Below are positions 9,519-19,627 of a stretch of DNA of 53,041 nt, one piece after another (the first letter of the stretch is position 1; every line of letters begins with the position of its first letter). The position numbers were made by a program, and so were the translations under genes. This DNA is from Firmicutes bacterium UBA5473 (GTDB taxonomy: Bacteria; Bacillota; DTU084): assembly GCA_002427165.1 (NCBI GenBank), contig DIQB01000129.1, positions 1-53,041 on the forward strand, in the 5' to 3' direction. The notes beneath the pieces were generated by a model. That model made no database searches, had not been told where the DNA came from, and worked only from the letters and a program-made list of their open reading frames with translations.

Positions 9519-10523
9519 ATGAAAGCAGAAAGAGTAGCATTCACTGAAAAAGGAATTGTATGTGTTGAGGAATATGAGATCGGAGAGGTTAATAAGGATG
9601 ATGTGCTGGTACAAACCTTATATAGTGCAATTTCTCCCGGTACCGAACTCGCCTTTTTACATCAGATGGAGAATACAGTGAAGGAATATCCTTTCTACCC
9701 AGGTTATAGCGCCTGTTGTAAGGTGTTGAAAATAGGAGAAAACGTAAAAAAATTTAAGGTCGGAGATACCATAGTCTGCATAGGCCAGCATATGTCTAGG
9801 CAGGTAATCAGCTCTGATCTTTGTACTTTGCTCCCTTCTAACGTATCAGAGAAGGATGCTTCTGTCTATTGTCTGGCATCTATCGCTTTGCAGGGTGTTC
9901 GGAAGGCGAAAATCCAAATTGGTGACGAGGTTGCCGTCATTGGTTTAGGACCCATCGGCAACTTTGCGGCACAGATTGCCAATGTGGCCGGAGCTACTGT
10001 TGTTACTGGGTTTGACTTTATTAAGTGGAAAGGTCAGCTTGCTACACAGTGTGGAGTCAACGAGGTTGAGTACACAACTGAGAAGGAGGAGTTGCAGAAT
10101 AAATTTGATGTAGTTATCGAAGCTACTGGTTCCCCAAAGGCTATTCTTTCAGCTTTTAAAATAGCAAAACCGTTTGGCCGGGTTATTTTGCTCGGATCGT
10201 CGAGAGGCAACACTGAAAATGTCAATTTCTACGAAGATGTTCATAAAAAAGGGATCACCATTGTCGGCGCTCATACGAAATGTCGGGCGAAAGCAGACAA
10301 CTTCGGATCTATCAAGACGCTTTCAAAGGATAATGAAACTATCATGGCCTTGCTAGGTCAAAGAAGGATTCGTTCGGACCTACTCATCAGTGAGGTTACC
10401 ACTATCAACCATGCACAGGAAGTTTATGATCGGCTGTTGAAAAAAGAAGAGGGACTTATGATTGCCCTTTTTGATTGGACAAAAAAGAAAAGTGAAATCG
10501 GTGCATTTCAGCAGGGGCAGTAG
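9519..10523 (+). CDS. Zinc-binding alcohol dehydrogenase (MDR) family oxidoreductase
   Basis: SAISPGTE, PFYPGYS, VIGLGPIG and DVVIEATG motifs. Confidence 0.9.
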   Translation: MKAERVAFTEKGIVCVEEYEIGEVNKDDVLVQTLYSAISPGTELAFLHQMENTVKEYPFYPGYSACCKVLKIGENVKKFKVGDTIVCIGQHMSRQVISSDLCTLLPSNVSEKDASVYCLASIALQGVRKAKIQIGDEVAVIGLGPIGNFAAQIANVAGATVVTGFDFIKWKGQLATQCGVNEVEYTTEKEELQNKFDVVIEATGSPKAILSAFKIAKPFGRVILLGSSRGNTENVNFYEDVHKKGITIVGAHTKCRAKADNFGSIKTLSKDNETIMALLGQRRIRSDLLISEVTTINHAQEVYDRLLKKEEGLMIALFDWTKKKSEIGAFQQGQ

Positions 10524-10715
10524 ATACATTGTTCTGGGAATCCACTGGATCGGTATATAAAATCCTTTGAAGAATCATTTTTAAGTAACCAGTTTCAAAA
10601 GCTAAATAATCCTAGAAATGGAATTAAGTCTAAATGCTATTATAACAACGGTTCTATCGCAATGGGCCATTTTGATTTTCCTTTCAGCGAGGGTGCGAAA
10701 TTCAAAAAGTATTGC

Positions 10716-10906
10716 AATTTTAAGGGCCAGCATCTTGAAACCTTAGATACAGGAGATAACCCTACTGGTTTATGTTTTATGATCTGGAATGGAAAAGATT
10801 TTCGCGGCAAAGAACCCCAAAAGAGGTTTGTTTTGTCGCAGTTAAAAGTTATAACTCCTGAAAAAGGAAAAAGATACTTACAAAGAAAGTGCTCATGAAT
10901 CGTTAG
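10716..10906 (+). pseudogene. Degraded 3' fragment (FlgD Ig-like domain) of a paralog of 1039..3138
   Basis: Collinear similarity to ~2947-3138 (TTAAGGGCCAGCAT, CTGGAATGGAA, GGCAAAGAAC, GCAGTTAAAA, CCTGAAAAAGG, TACAAAGAAAGTGCTCAT.AATCGTTA) with a frameshift. Explains ORF 10662..10898. Confidence 0.88.
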
Positions 10907-10934
10907 GATAAAACACAGAAAAAGGGGAGCTACC

Positions 10935-13205
10935 ATGATTAGGAAAAGAATCAAGTTTACAATGTTATTTCTTTTAGCCATGCCATTGCTATTTGCTCAA
11001 ACAGACTATTTTGTTAACGCAGGTGAGAACCTCTTGAAAAACGGGGATCTTCAAGGAGCAGAGATAAGTGAATTTACATTTATGAAAAGTGAGGGCTCCT
11101 ATGATTTTTCCATATATACAGAAGACAGAAGTTGGAATAAATGTGCCAAACTAGAAATAATTGACTATGGATTGTCAGGAGGAGTAAAAGTTGTTAATAC
11201 GTCTATGTTAATAGGCGGTGCTAGAGACAATGGAGGAGATGGAAGCAGGGCAATACGGGTAAAACCTAATACAACATACGAATTCTCGTTTGATATGAAG
11301 GGGACAGTTAATTACACTAGTCCAATTGTCGCATTTACATGGCCTAAGGATGCTAAAGGGCAAGCAGGGAGAGAGCAGATAAATACCAGTTTAGCAGGCA
11401 CAATAAAGGTTCAACCAAATTGGGCACAGTATAAAGGAACTTTTATCACTGGCCCCAATGCAGATACTGCTGTTTTGCGGATACCAATTTGGTGTAGTGA
11501 GTCTAATTCTGCTGGGTTAAGAGAAAAGCCAGGTTCATATATTTTAGTTGATAATGTTTCAATATCAGAGAGAGTTGTTGATCAGGATTTACCATCTGAT
11601 TTTTTAGTAAGTACAGTTAGTCCAACATCTGATTTTAGTATACCATTGTCCCTTCCAAGTCATGAAATGTTAGAAAAAATCGAGGTGTTCGCATCCATTA
11701 ACGAATATGAGTCTCTGCCGATTATTATTACTAACCTAACGGACTCTACAGAGGCTTATCGAGTCATTATTTTTGGTGAAGAAAAAAGCGGTATTGAACA
11801 AAAAAACTTAATAGGTTGGGATGGTGATTTTTTCTCCGGTGATGCCATTATAATGAGGGAAGCGATCAGGGTTAAAGAGAGCGATTCGCCGGGATACGGT
11901 TTAAGATTTGATCCCTTACCTTTAATAAATTCAGGCCATACTATTACAGTACCAGCTCATGATTCCAGTATAATATGGGTAACTTTTGATTGTAAGAACG
12001 CAAAACCGGGCGATTACTATGGATTTTTGAGAGTGATTCCTTTAAGCCAACCTGCAGAATATAAGGTGGATTACTCCGGACCGATGCAGGATATACTGCT
12101 TGACTTAACCATATGGCCTATAGAATTACCCCAAGAGCCTCCTATTCCGTTAAGTTTATTGCATAGGGCTGATAATAATCTTTTTTTCAAAGATAAGTTT
12201 GAACATGGTATAAGGTATTTTCAAGTCAACCCTTGGGGAGCAACAGCAAATTTTAACGATGATGGTTCGATCAAAAAACCAGTTTTAATGCCTGATCTTC
12301 ACGATCACCTTAAACAGTTGGATTGGTTTCCTGAAGGGTCAGACATAAAAATTTGGGTGGGGTATAATCTTTATCCTGTTTTTGAGCATTACTCTAGAAA
12401 CCGTTTTGTTTTTGGGAGTGACACTTGGAAAAACGCATGGGCTTCGTGGTTGAAAGAAGTGGATGCTGTCTTGCATGAGCATGGATTATCATATAATGAT
12501 TACATAGTTGAGATGTTTGATGAGCCAAATTTGGAAAAGGATCTGGAAAAGGTACTACTTGTATGCAAAGTAGCGAAAGAAGCAATACCGCAAATGCAGA
12601 TCCAACTTATAATTGGTTGGCATTGGAGCTCTCCTGATATATGTGAACCTCTTCTTCCATATGTTGATAACTGGTGTTTTATAGATAATTATTGGTACAC
12701 TGAAGAAAATGCAACCTATTTTAAAAAGCTTCAAGAGCAAGGTGAAAAGGTATGGTTTTATACTTGCCAATCAAACATGCGACAAAATCTTTATAGTTAT
12801 TATCGGTTACATGCTTGGAAAGCTTATGATCGTAATTTAGATGGCATGGCAATGTGGAAGTACATTCTTGGTCCGGGAGGAGATGTTGGACCTGCAACTT
12901 GGAAGATTGCTTCAGCGGGGCCTCTTGTTTATCGCTCATATGAGGAATCAATCCCCTCAATTAGGTATGAATGTTTGAGGGAGGGACTTGATGATATTAA
13001 ATATCAGAGCAAATTGAAGCATTTACATTGCCTTGCCAAGAAAGAAATACCAGAACATAACTTAACGCAAGAGGTAGAGGCTTTTTTAAATTATGTTTCT
13101 GAAGATGTAGTCATTAATTATGCCCATGATACTACTTTTGCTGATCAGGTACGACATAAAGCGGCTAATTATATCATTAAACTAAAAGAACTACTAGATG
13201 ATTGA
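10935..13205 (+). CDS. Secreted CBM-like + DUF4091/GH123-like putative glycoside hydrolase
   Basis: Signal peptide and the same N-terminal module as 295 and 1039 (NLLKNGD, AIRVKPNTTYEFSFD). FDEP motif, VWFYTC, PSIRYECLREGLDD C-terminal motif. Confidence 0.7.
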   Translation: MIRKRIKFTMLFLLAMPLLFAQTDYFVNAGENLLKNGDLQGAEISEFTFMKSEGSYDFSIYTEDRSWNKCAKLEIIDYGLSGGVKVVNTSMLIGGARDNGGDGSRAIRVKPNTTYEFSFDMKGTVNYTSPIVAFTWPKDAKGQAGREQINTSLAGTIKVQPNWAQYKGTFITGPNADTAVLRIPIWCSESNSAGLREKPGSYILVDNVSISERVVDQDLPSDFLVSTVSPTSDFSIPLSLPSHEMLEKIEVFASINEYESLPIIITNLTDSTEAYRVIIFGEEKSGIEQKNLIGWDGDFFSGDAIIMREAIRVKESDSPGYGLRFDPLPLINSGHTITVPAHDSSIIWVTFDCKNAKPGDYYGFLRVIPLSQPAEYKVDYSGPMQDILLDLTIWPIELPQEPPIPLSLLHRADNNLFFKDKFEHGIRYFQVNPWGATANFNDDGSIKKPVLMPDLHDHLKQLDWFPEGSDIKIWVGYNLYPVFEHYSRNRFVFGSDTWKNAWASWLKEVDAVLHEHGLSYNDYIVEMFDEPNLEKDLEKVLLVCKVAKEAIPQMQIQLIIGWHWSSPDICEPLLPYVDNWCFIDNYWYTEENATYFKKLQEQGEKVWFYTCQSNMRQNLYSYYRLHAWKAYDRNLDGMAMWKYILGPGGDVGPATWKIASAGPLVYRSYEESIPSIRYECLREGLDDIKYQSKLKHLHCLAKKEIPEHNLTQEVEAFLNYVSEDVVINYAHDTTFADQVRHKAANYIIKLKELLDD

Positions 13206-13218
13206 TGATAAAGCAAAA

Positions 13219-13261
13219 TAAAAAAGGAGTGTCTTAGGAATTAGTGCGCCTAGGCACTCCT
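13219..13261. terminator. Probable intrinsic terminator hairpin
   Basis: AGGAGTGTCT...AGGCACTCCT stem with a flanking A-tract, between the convergent ends of 10935..13205 and the minus-strand RT remnant. Confidence 0.55.
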
Positions 13262-13628
13262 AACCCAACTTTTGGAAATTGGGCAGCTTGTCGTCTTGTT
13301 TTCGTTTCTTTTGTTGTTGTGCTTGCATTTCTTGACAGTAAGCTGCATCTGTAATGGGATTCTCGCCAATTTTCGTTAGGCTCTACCTAACTATGGGTTA
13401 TCGCTTGCTCTTTTTAGTTGAACATTTTGTGTTTCTCATTGAGTGTCGGCGCTTTGCTCATTTTCAATTATTTTTGACGAATACTCATCTATATGCTAGA
13501 CAGCTTCTTGGCATATACTGGATGATGACTAGTTCGCCCAACCGGTAATTATTTGATTCAAACTGCGAAGAAGGTGTTTTTGAGAGACGGTTCTAGCCTT
13601 ATCTGCGTAATTTCCATTCAGGAAAGTC
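13260..13628 (-). pseudogene. Decayed group II intron reverse transcriptase/maturase, C-terminal part
   Basis: Minus-strand translation gives DFPEWKLRR (cf. RT7 FDFLGWNFRK), KARTVSQKHLLRSLNQIITGWAN* (domain X LNxxIxGWANY), K*AKRRHS (WAKRRHP) and KIGENPITDAAY, with stops and frameshifts. Confidence 0.8.
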
Positions 13629-13891
13629 AAGGCGAGAATTATTGTATACGAAAGGCTTTATCAGAGATGAAAGTACCGAAGCGAAAAGCTAAATCAGGGG
13701 GTGTAGCGGAAAATTATAACCGTTCCCCCCGTTAATACCCCCCCACCATTACCTTCCTACCTGCCAATGTGGTGCAATGCCTATGACCGTTTTCGTTTTC
13801 AAATTTGGACATTTTAATTTGTTAGACCTACTCTATATAGACAAAAATTTGATCAGTTTTAATGGATGGCGGGTGAAAAGGAGAGAAAAGG

Positions 13892-16354
13892 ATGCAGAAA
13901 GTTACCCTGAATGGTGCTTGGGAGCTTTTTAAAAAGGGGGAAAACCAGGCTATAGAGGCCATAGTCCCTGGGTGTGTTCACCTGGATTTGCTCTCAGCTG
14001 GGAAAATCCCAGATCCCTATTGGCGAGATAATGAACTAGCAATGATGTGGGTTGGTGAAACAGACTGGCTCTATCAACGCACTATCAATCTTTCTAGTGA
14101 TTTTTTGGCACATGAACAGATTAAACTATCCTGCATGGGTCTTGATACCCTAGCCACCATTGTCGTCAATGGAAAAGAGATCGCTACCACAGCAAACATG
14201 TTTTGTAGTTGGGAATTTGATTTGAAACCTGTGCTTTTTGAGGGAGAGAATACCATCCAAATTTTCTTTGCCTCTCCAATAGGGTTTTTGCAGGGAAAAG
14301 GCATTGAATTCAATTCTCCTACAAAAGCAATATTGCTTAATTCTAGTTGGATTCGTAAAGAACCATGTAATTTCGGTTGGGATTGGGGCCCTAAGCTAGT
14401 GACTTGTGGAATCTGGCGTGATATAGAGCTAATTGCCTATGACCTAACTAAGATACAGGATATTAATATTAACCAGGATCACTCCCAGCCCAACGGGGTG
14501 GGTCTTTTTATTCAAACAGAAGTGGAAGAGCATCTTCCTGGATTAGCAGCAAACGTAAGTGTGTCATTGGCGGGAGAAGTGTGCGCTCGAAGTTCCTACC
14601 CCATTGTGGGGAATAAAGGGGAGGTTCAACTTGCGATTAGTGATCCTAAACTATGGTGGCCTCGTGGCATGGGAAAACAACCCCTCTATGAGGTAAAGGT
14701 GGAACTTTATAACTCCCAAGGTGAGGTCATAGATAGTAAAACCAAAAGAATTGGTCTTAGGACCCTAAGACTAATTCGTGAGCAAGACGAATGGGGTGAG
14801 TCGTTCTATTTTAGCATCAATGGAATTCCATTTTTTGCTAAAGGGGCTAACTGGATTCCTGCAGATACGTTCGCACCACGAATTAAGCAGGCTGATTATG
14901 CTCGCTTAGTGCAGGACGCAGCAGCAGCAAATATGAATATGCTGCGCGTTTGGGGTGGGGGCTTTTACGAGGATGATATTTTCTATGATCTATGTGATGA
15001 ATTGGGGATCTGCGTCTGGCAAGATTTCATGTTTGCCTGTTCAGCTTATCCGGCCTTTGATGAAACTTTCATGGGGCAGGTGAAAGAGGAAGCAATCCAA
15101 AATGTAAAACGGCTTAGGCACCATGCTTGTTTAGCCCTTTGGTGTGGGAATAATGAATTAGAACAGGGGTTTATTAGGGATACACGGACAGAAAGGCATA
15201 TGAGCTGGGAGGAATATATAAAACTTTTCGATCAGTTGCTTGCTGAAATTGTTAATGACTTAGACCCCCAAAGGGACTATTGGCCCGCTAGTCCACATAG
15301 TCCTCTAGGGGATCGGACAGATCCCAATAACCCTAATTGTGGGGATGCTCATCTATGGGAGGTTTGGCACCGTAATAAACCTTTTGAATGGTATCGTTCT
15401 TGTACACACCGTTTCAATAGCGAGTTTGGTTTTCAGTCCTTTCCACAGCCGCGTACAATAGAAAGTTATACTTTGCCGGAGGATCGCAATATTACGTCCT
15501 ATGTTATGGAACACCATCAGCGCAGTGGCATTGGTAATACCACTATTATGCAATACATGCTCTCCTGGTTCCGTCTGCCCACATCTTTCGACATGGTAAT
15601 TTGGCTTAGCCAGATCCTGCAAGGCGTGGCGATGAAATATGCAGTTGAGCATTGGCGACGTTCTATTCCCAGGGGAATGGGTACTCTCTATTGGCAGCTA
15701 AATGACTGCTGGCCAGTAGCTAGTTGGTCTTCTATTGATTACGCTGGCCGTTGGAAGGCTCTTCATTATCTGGCCAAGGAGTTTTATGCTCCGCTTCTGA
15801 TCTCGCCCTTAGAGGCTCTAGGAGAGGGGGCAGTGGAACTTCATGTTACAAGCGATCTCCTAGAACCCCAATTAGGGGAAGTAAGCTGGTCTCTGACAGA
15901 TATTGAAGGAAATCTGATTGAGGAGGAGAGCCAAAAAGTAGATATTTTCCCGCGTCAGGATAGCTGTGTTCAAACTATTGATCTTAAACCCTACTTCAAG
16001 GCTTATGGAGAACGAAACCTTCTTTTGTGGCTGGAATTGAAGGTGGATAGTAATACTGTTTCTACAAACTTACTTTCCCTTGTCCGGCCTAAGCATCTGG
16101 AACTGCTTCAGCCCGAAATTACAGCGCTGGTCCAGGAAGAACGAACGTTTTTCCTGGTGACTTTGACTGCGAAAAAACCAGCTCTTTGGGTTTGGCTGGA
16201 GCTTACGGATTCAGATGCCAGCTACTCCAATAATTTCTTTCACCTAGTACCTGGCAAAGAGGTAACTATAACTGTGGAACCGAAACAATCTTTAACAAAG
16301 GTAGAGTTTGAGCAACAACTAAAGTTACATTCGCTGTTCGATACGTATCATTAG
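13892..16354 (+). CDS. GH2 beta-mannosidase
   Basis: [56 protein letters not shown] and YWQLND.WP motifs. Confidence 0.93.
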   Translation: MQKVTLNGAWELFKKGENQAIEAIVPGCVHLDLLSAGKIPDPYWRDNELAMMWVGETDWLYQRTINLSSDFLAHEQIKLSCMGLDTLATIVVNGKEIATTANMFCSWEFDLKPVLFEGENTIQIFFASPIGFLQGKGIEFNSPTKAILLNSSWIRKEPCNFGWDWGPKLVTCGIWRDIELIAYDLTKIQDININQDHSQPNGVGLFIQTEVEEHLPGLAANVSVSLAGEVCARSSYPIVGNKGEVQLAISDPKLWWPRGMGKQPLYEVKVELYNSQGEVIDSKTKRIGLRTLRLIREQDEWGESFYFSINGIPFFAKGANWIPADTFAPRIKQADYARLVQDAAAANMNMLRVWGGGFYEDDIFYDLCDELGICVWQDFMFACSAYPAFDETFMGQVKEEAIQNVKRLRHHACLALWCGNNELEQGFIRDTRTERHMSWEEYIKLFDQLLAEIVNDLDPQRDYWPASPHSPLGDRTDPNNPNCGDAHLWEVWHRNKPFEWYRSCTHRFNSEFGFQSFPQPRTIESYTLPEDRNITSYVMEHHQRSGIGNTTIMQYMLSWFRLPTSFDMVIWLSQILQGVAMKYAVEHWRRSIPRGMGTLYWQLNDCWPVASWSSIDYAGRWKALHYLAKEFYAPLLISPLEALGEGAVELHVTSDLLEPQLGEVSWSLTDIEGNLIEEESQKVDIFPRQDSCVQTIDLKPYFKAYGERNLLLWLELKVDSNTVSTNLLSLVRPKHLELLQPEITALVQEERTFFLVTLTAKKPALWVWLELTDSDASYSNNFFHLVPGKEVTITVEPKQSLTKVEFEQQLKLHSLFDTYH

Positions 16355-16670
16355 AAATAGAAAGAAACGAAGGCCAAATAGAAAATACCTCAAACTAAAA
16401 GCATTCCTTCAGCCAAAGTTTAGCATCAAAGTAGCGGGAATTCTCATTACCGTTGTCTTATAATCTATTTGTTTCACGCTCACTTTCATGGGTTTTACCG
16501 GTTCGAAACCACAAAGATAGAATTTCTCCACAGGGGGAGCAATGAGTCGCATAGAGAAGGAATAACGATAATGTCATTCTATGACAGAATACATCCATGA
16601 GATAGTCGATTTAGTCAAGGAATTTAGGAAGTTCCTTTTGGTTTTAACAAGATTAAGGTGTGATAATAAA

Positions 16671-19226
16671 ATGAAAGTATTATTAAACGAGAATTGGAAA
16701 TTAACAAGTATGGAACCACAAGTAGGGATTCAGGAAAAGATCAACAAGCCATGCTTGGAAGCAGAAAACTGGATAAACGTGAATGTCCCGGGTGATGTAA
16801 ACGACGCACTGTTGAAATCTGGGATAATTTCGGATCCACATTACGACACTCAGGCTAGAGAATGTTACTGGGTATCATCCAAAGAATGGTGGTACGTTTT
16901 AGAGTTTGATTCAACAGCAATAGCTGCCAGAACTGCAGATTTATGCATGACAAATGTTGATGGGTATACGGATATATGGCTTAATGGTTTTTACCTGGGT
17001 GAGACAAAAAATGCTTTTCGACTTTTTCGATTTAACGTAAAAGATCACCTGAAAGAGAAACAAAATGTATTGATGATAAGGTTTAAATCTATCGACCAAC
17101 TACTTGGTGGACCCCGCATTCATGAACTCGAAGGTTGGAAGGGGAGAAGAGCTTATTTAAGAAAGCCACAGTTTTCATTTGGATGGGATTGGGCACTTCC
17201 ACTACCATCTGACGGGCTCTCTGGGAATGTGTGGCTGGAATTGGATAATGATTTGAGATTGACTGATCTGGCGATTGAGCCCTTCAAATCAGGAAGAGTT
17301 GATTTTTCCTTCGAAGTAACAGGTGCTACAAAGCAAGAGGGGTACGAAATAGCAATTAGACTATGGGGACACGGTAACGATATACGACGCGTTTTAAGTC
17401 GAGATACCCATAGATCATATGTAAGTGTGCAATTAGATAACCCAGAGCTCTGGTTCCCGAATGGATATGGTGAACAGCCATTATACAATTACAGTGTCGA
17501 GCTTATCGTTAACAGGCAGATTATCGATTCTCGTGAAGGAAAAATAGGCCTGCGTGAAGCCAAGATCGTAGAGAAGCCGTTTACGGAGGATGCTGGTCCC
17601 GGCTACTCTTTCTGGATTGAAATAAATGATATGCCCGTATTTTGTAAGGGTGGAAATTGGGTTCCCTTAGAGATATGGCCAGGGACTATAAAGCCGGATC
17701 AATACGAATTTTATATCCGGAAGGCAAAAGAGGCAAACTTCAACATGCTTCGTGTATGGGGCGGCGGTATCTATGAACCTGATACCTTCTATGAGCTTTG
17801 TGATAAACATGGAATTATGGTCTGGCAAGATTTCATGTTTGCCAGTACGGGCTATCCAGTTTCTGCTTTGAGAGATGAAATTATAGCTGAAGCCGATTAC
17901 CAGATACGAAGGCTTCGTAACCATTCATGCATCGTTTTATGGTGTGGTTGCAATGAAGATATCTTTTCTTGGAAATACGAGCAGGACTGTGCGGTAGCAG
18001 AACAGCAGGATGCCGGAGTTTATTCAGAGATTGAGGACGCGAGAAGTATTGACAGGCTAAGGGATGATCCTCAAATATATACTATGATTTTAAGGGGAAT
18101 GGTAGGGAAGCTTGGACTGGGAGTACCTTATATTGAGTCCAGCCCCCAGTCAAGGGACGACTATGGTAATATGCCCAATTCAGGTAACTCCCATATTTCT
18201 TGCTGGAAATTCTCACTGTTTCAGAGCGGCGGTAAATATGATACCTTTCGCAAACATTTTGAAAAGGTATGCTCTTTTAATTCGGAGTTTTGCATCCAAG
18301 GGCCCAGCAGCATAAAAATGATCAAAAGCTTTTTAAAGCCTGAAAATCATTGGCCTCCGAATGACGCTTGGGTTTATCATATACAAAGGGGCCATGCAAA
18401 CCTACCCCATTATGAGCAGACCATGAGTATTGCTGGTTCTTTGTTCGGTGAAATTGACAATCTTGAAAAGTACGTCAAATATGGTCAAGCAACTCATGTG
18501 GAGATGATGCGGGCTGAATTTGAAAGCGCACGTAGGGACTACCCGAATAACGGCGGGACAATGGTGTGGATGTATAATGATTGCTGGCCTACTTCCAACT
18601 GGTCTATCATAGATTATTCGAGAGATCCCAAACCTTCGTATTTTGCTGCCAAACGTGCCTGTGCACCACTATTGCCCATCATTTTCGAAAGGAATGGTAG
18701 AGTTGAGTTTCTCTTTAGTAATCATACACAAAGGGACGTTAAGGTAGAGCTTAATTATGGGCAGGAGACCTTACAAGGTGAGGCAGTTTGGTGTAGTAGT
18801 TATAAACATATCATAAAGGCAAATGATTCTGTTGTTTTTGACTGCTTGCAAAGAAAAGGACTGGATATCCCCAAAGGAGATTTTCTTTACATTAATGCCT
18901 GTGTGGATGGGATAAAGCTTAACCGGGTGATTTATTTTCCAGATGGATGGAAGAATATTGAGTGGCCATGGCCCAACATTATAACGGAGTTAATAGATCA
19001 AAAGTTTCTACAGGAGGAATGGCTAACGCATTTAAAAGTGAAGACAGATGCTTTTGCAAGACTTTGTCATATCATCTATAGGGGAGAAGATACCGATATA
19101 TTTCTCTCGGATAATTATTTTGATTTGTCTGCGGGAGCCGAACATGAGTTGTATATCAGGTCCGGGAGGAAGATAGGTTTAAATAATATACAGACAGGGC
19201 ATTGGCTTACTAGTTGGCAAACATGA
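16671..19226 (+). CDS. GH2 beta-mannosidase-like glycoside hydrolase
   Basis: [40 protein letters not shown] and WMYNDCWP motifs. ATG 16671 (after AAGGTG) preferred over 16581. Confidence 0.9.
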   Translation: MKVLLNENWKLTSMEPQVGIQEKINKPCLEAENWINVNVPGDVNDALLKSGIISDPHYDTQARECYWVSSKEWWYVLEFDSTAIAARTADLCMTNVDGYTDIWLNGFYLGETKNAFRLFRFNVKDHLKEKQNVLMIRFKSIDQLLGGPRIHELEGWKGRRAYLRKPQFSFGWDWALPLPSDGLSGNVWLELDNDLRLTDLAIEPFKSGRVDFSFEVTGATKQEGYEIAIRLWGHGNDIRRVLSRDTHRSYVSVQLDNPELWFPNGYGEQPLYNYSVELIVNRQIIDSREGKIGLREAKIVEKPFTEDAGPGYSFWIEINDMPVFCKGGNWVPLEIWPGTIKPDQYEFYIRKAKEANFNMLRVWGGGIYEPDTFYELCDKHGIMVWQDFMFASTGYPVSALRDEIIAEADYQIRRLRNHSCIVLWCGCNEDIFSWKYEQDCAVAEQQDAGVYSEIEDARSIDRLRDDPQIYTMILRGMVGKLGLGVPYIESSPQSRDDYGNMPNSGNSHISCWKFSLFQSGGKYDTFRKHFEKVCSFNSEFCIQGPSSIKMIKSFLKPENHWPPNDAWVYHIQRGHANLPHYEQTMSIAGSLFGEIDNLEKYVKYGQATHVEMMRAEFESARRDYPNNGGTMVWMYNDCWPTSNWSIIDYSRDPKPSYFAAKRACAPLLPIIFERNGRVEFLFSNHTQRDVKVELNYGQETLQGEAVWCSSYKHIIKANDSVVFDCLQRKGLDIPKGDFLYINACVDGIKLNRVIYFPDGWKNIEWPWPNIITELIDQKFLQEEWLTHLKVKTDAFARLCHIIYRGEDTDIFLSDNYFDLSAGAEHELYIRSGRKIGLNNIQTGHWLTSWQT

Positions 19227-19627
19227 GGGGATACCATGATTCCCTTCTTGTTAGCTCGGATGAACTAATAGGAAGGGAAATTAAAGGTTTAAGCCAAGGC
19301 TCTTTGCCTAAAGATCGTTATGTGGGTACAAAGATCAGCCTCTTTGGAATCGTGAAACAAATTATTAGGTACATGGTGAATATGTTGCTGATGCGTATTG
19401 TTCCTCTTCTTTTCGTCAAGAGGTTTTGTATCGATACGATCTTATGGTCTGTATAGTTCGTTTACAGATGATAAGCAAGAGCACTGATTGACAAAAGAGC
19501 CATTGTTCTGATTCCCTTTTGATGAGGATCATTCACAATGGAATAATGTGAACAACCTGGCAAAAAAGCATCAATTCTTTTTACGGGAATTCGGGTTATA
19601 TAGCAAAGCTTCCAAGGGGGAATTGAG

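Noticed and set aside
10640..10981. ORFs 10640..10981 (-) and 10662..10898 (+) as real genes
   Set aside because: Explained by the FlgD-domain pseudogene fragment and by overlap with the next gene's start.
211..13628. Diversity-generating retroelement (RT relic plus diverged repeats)
   Set aside because: The RT fragment has group II intron domain X motifs, and the repeat differences are not adenine-specific and include indels.
13354..13735. Small plus-strand ORFs 13354..13548 and 13553..13735
   Set aside because: Antisense to the group II intron RT relic; no RBS or motifs.
16500..16510. GGTTCGAAACC, resembling a tRNA T-arm
   Set aside because: No acceptor, D or anticodon stems around it.
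19214..19456. 80 aa ORF after the second GH2
   Set aside because: No recognisable motif; may be decayed coding DNA but cannot be supported.
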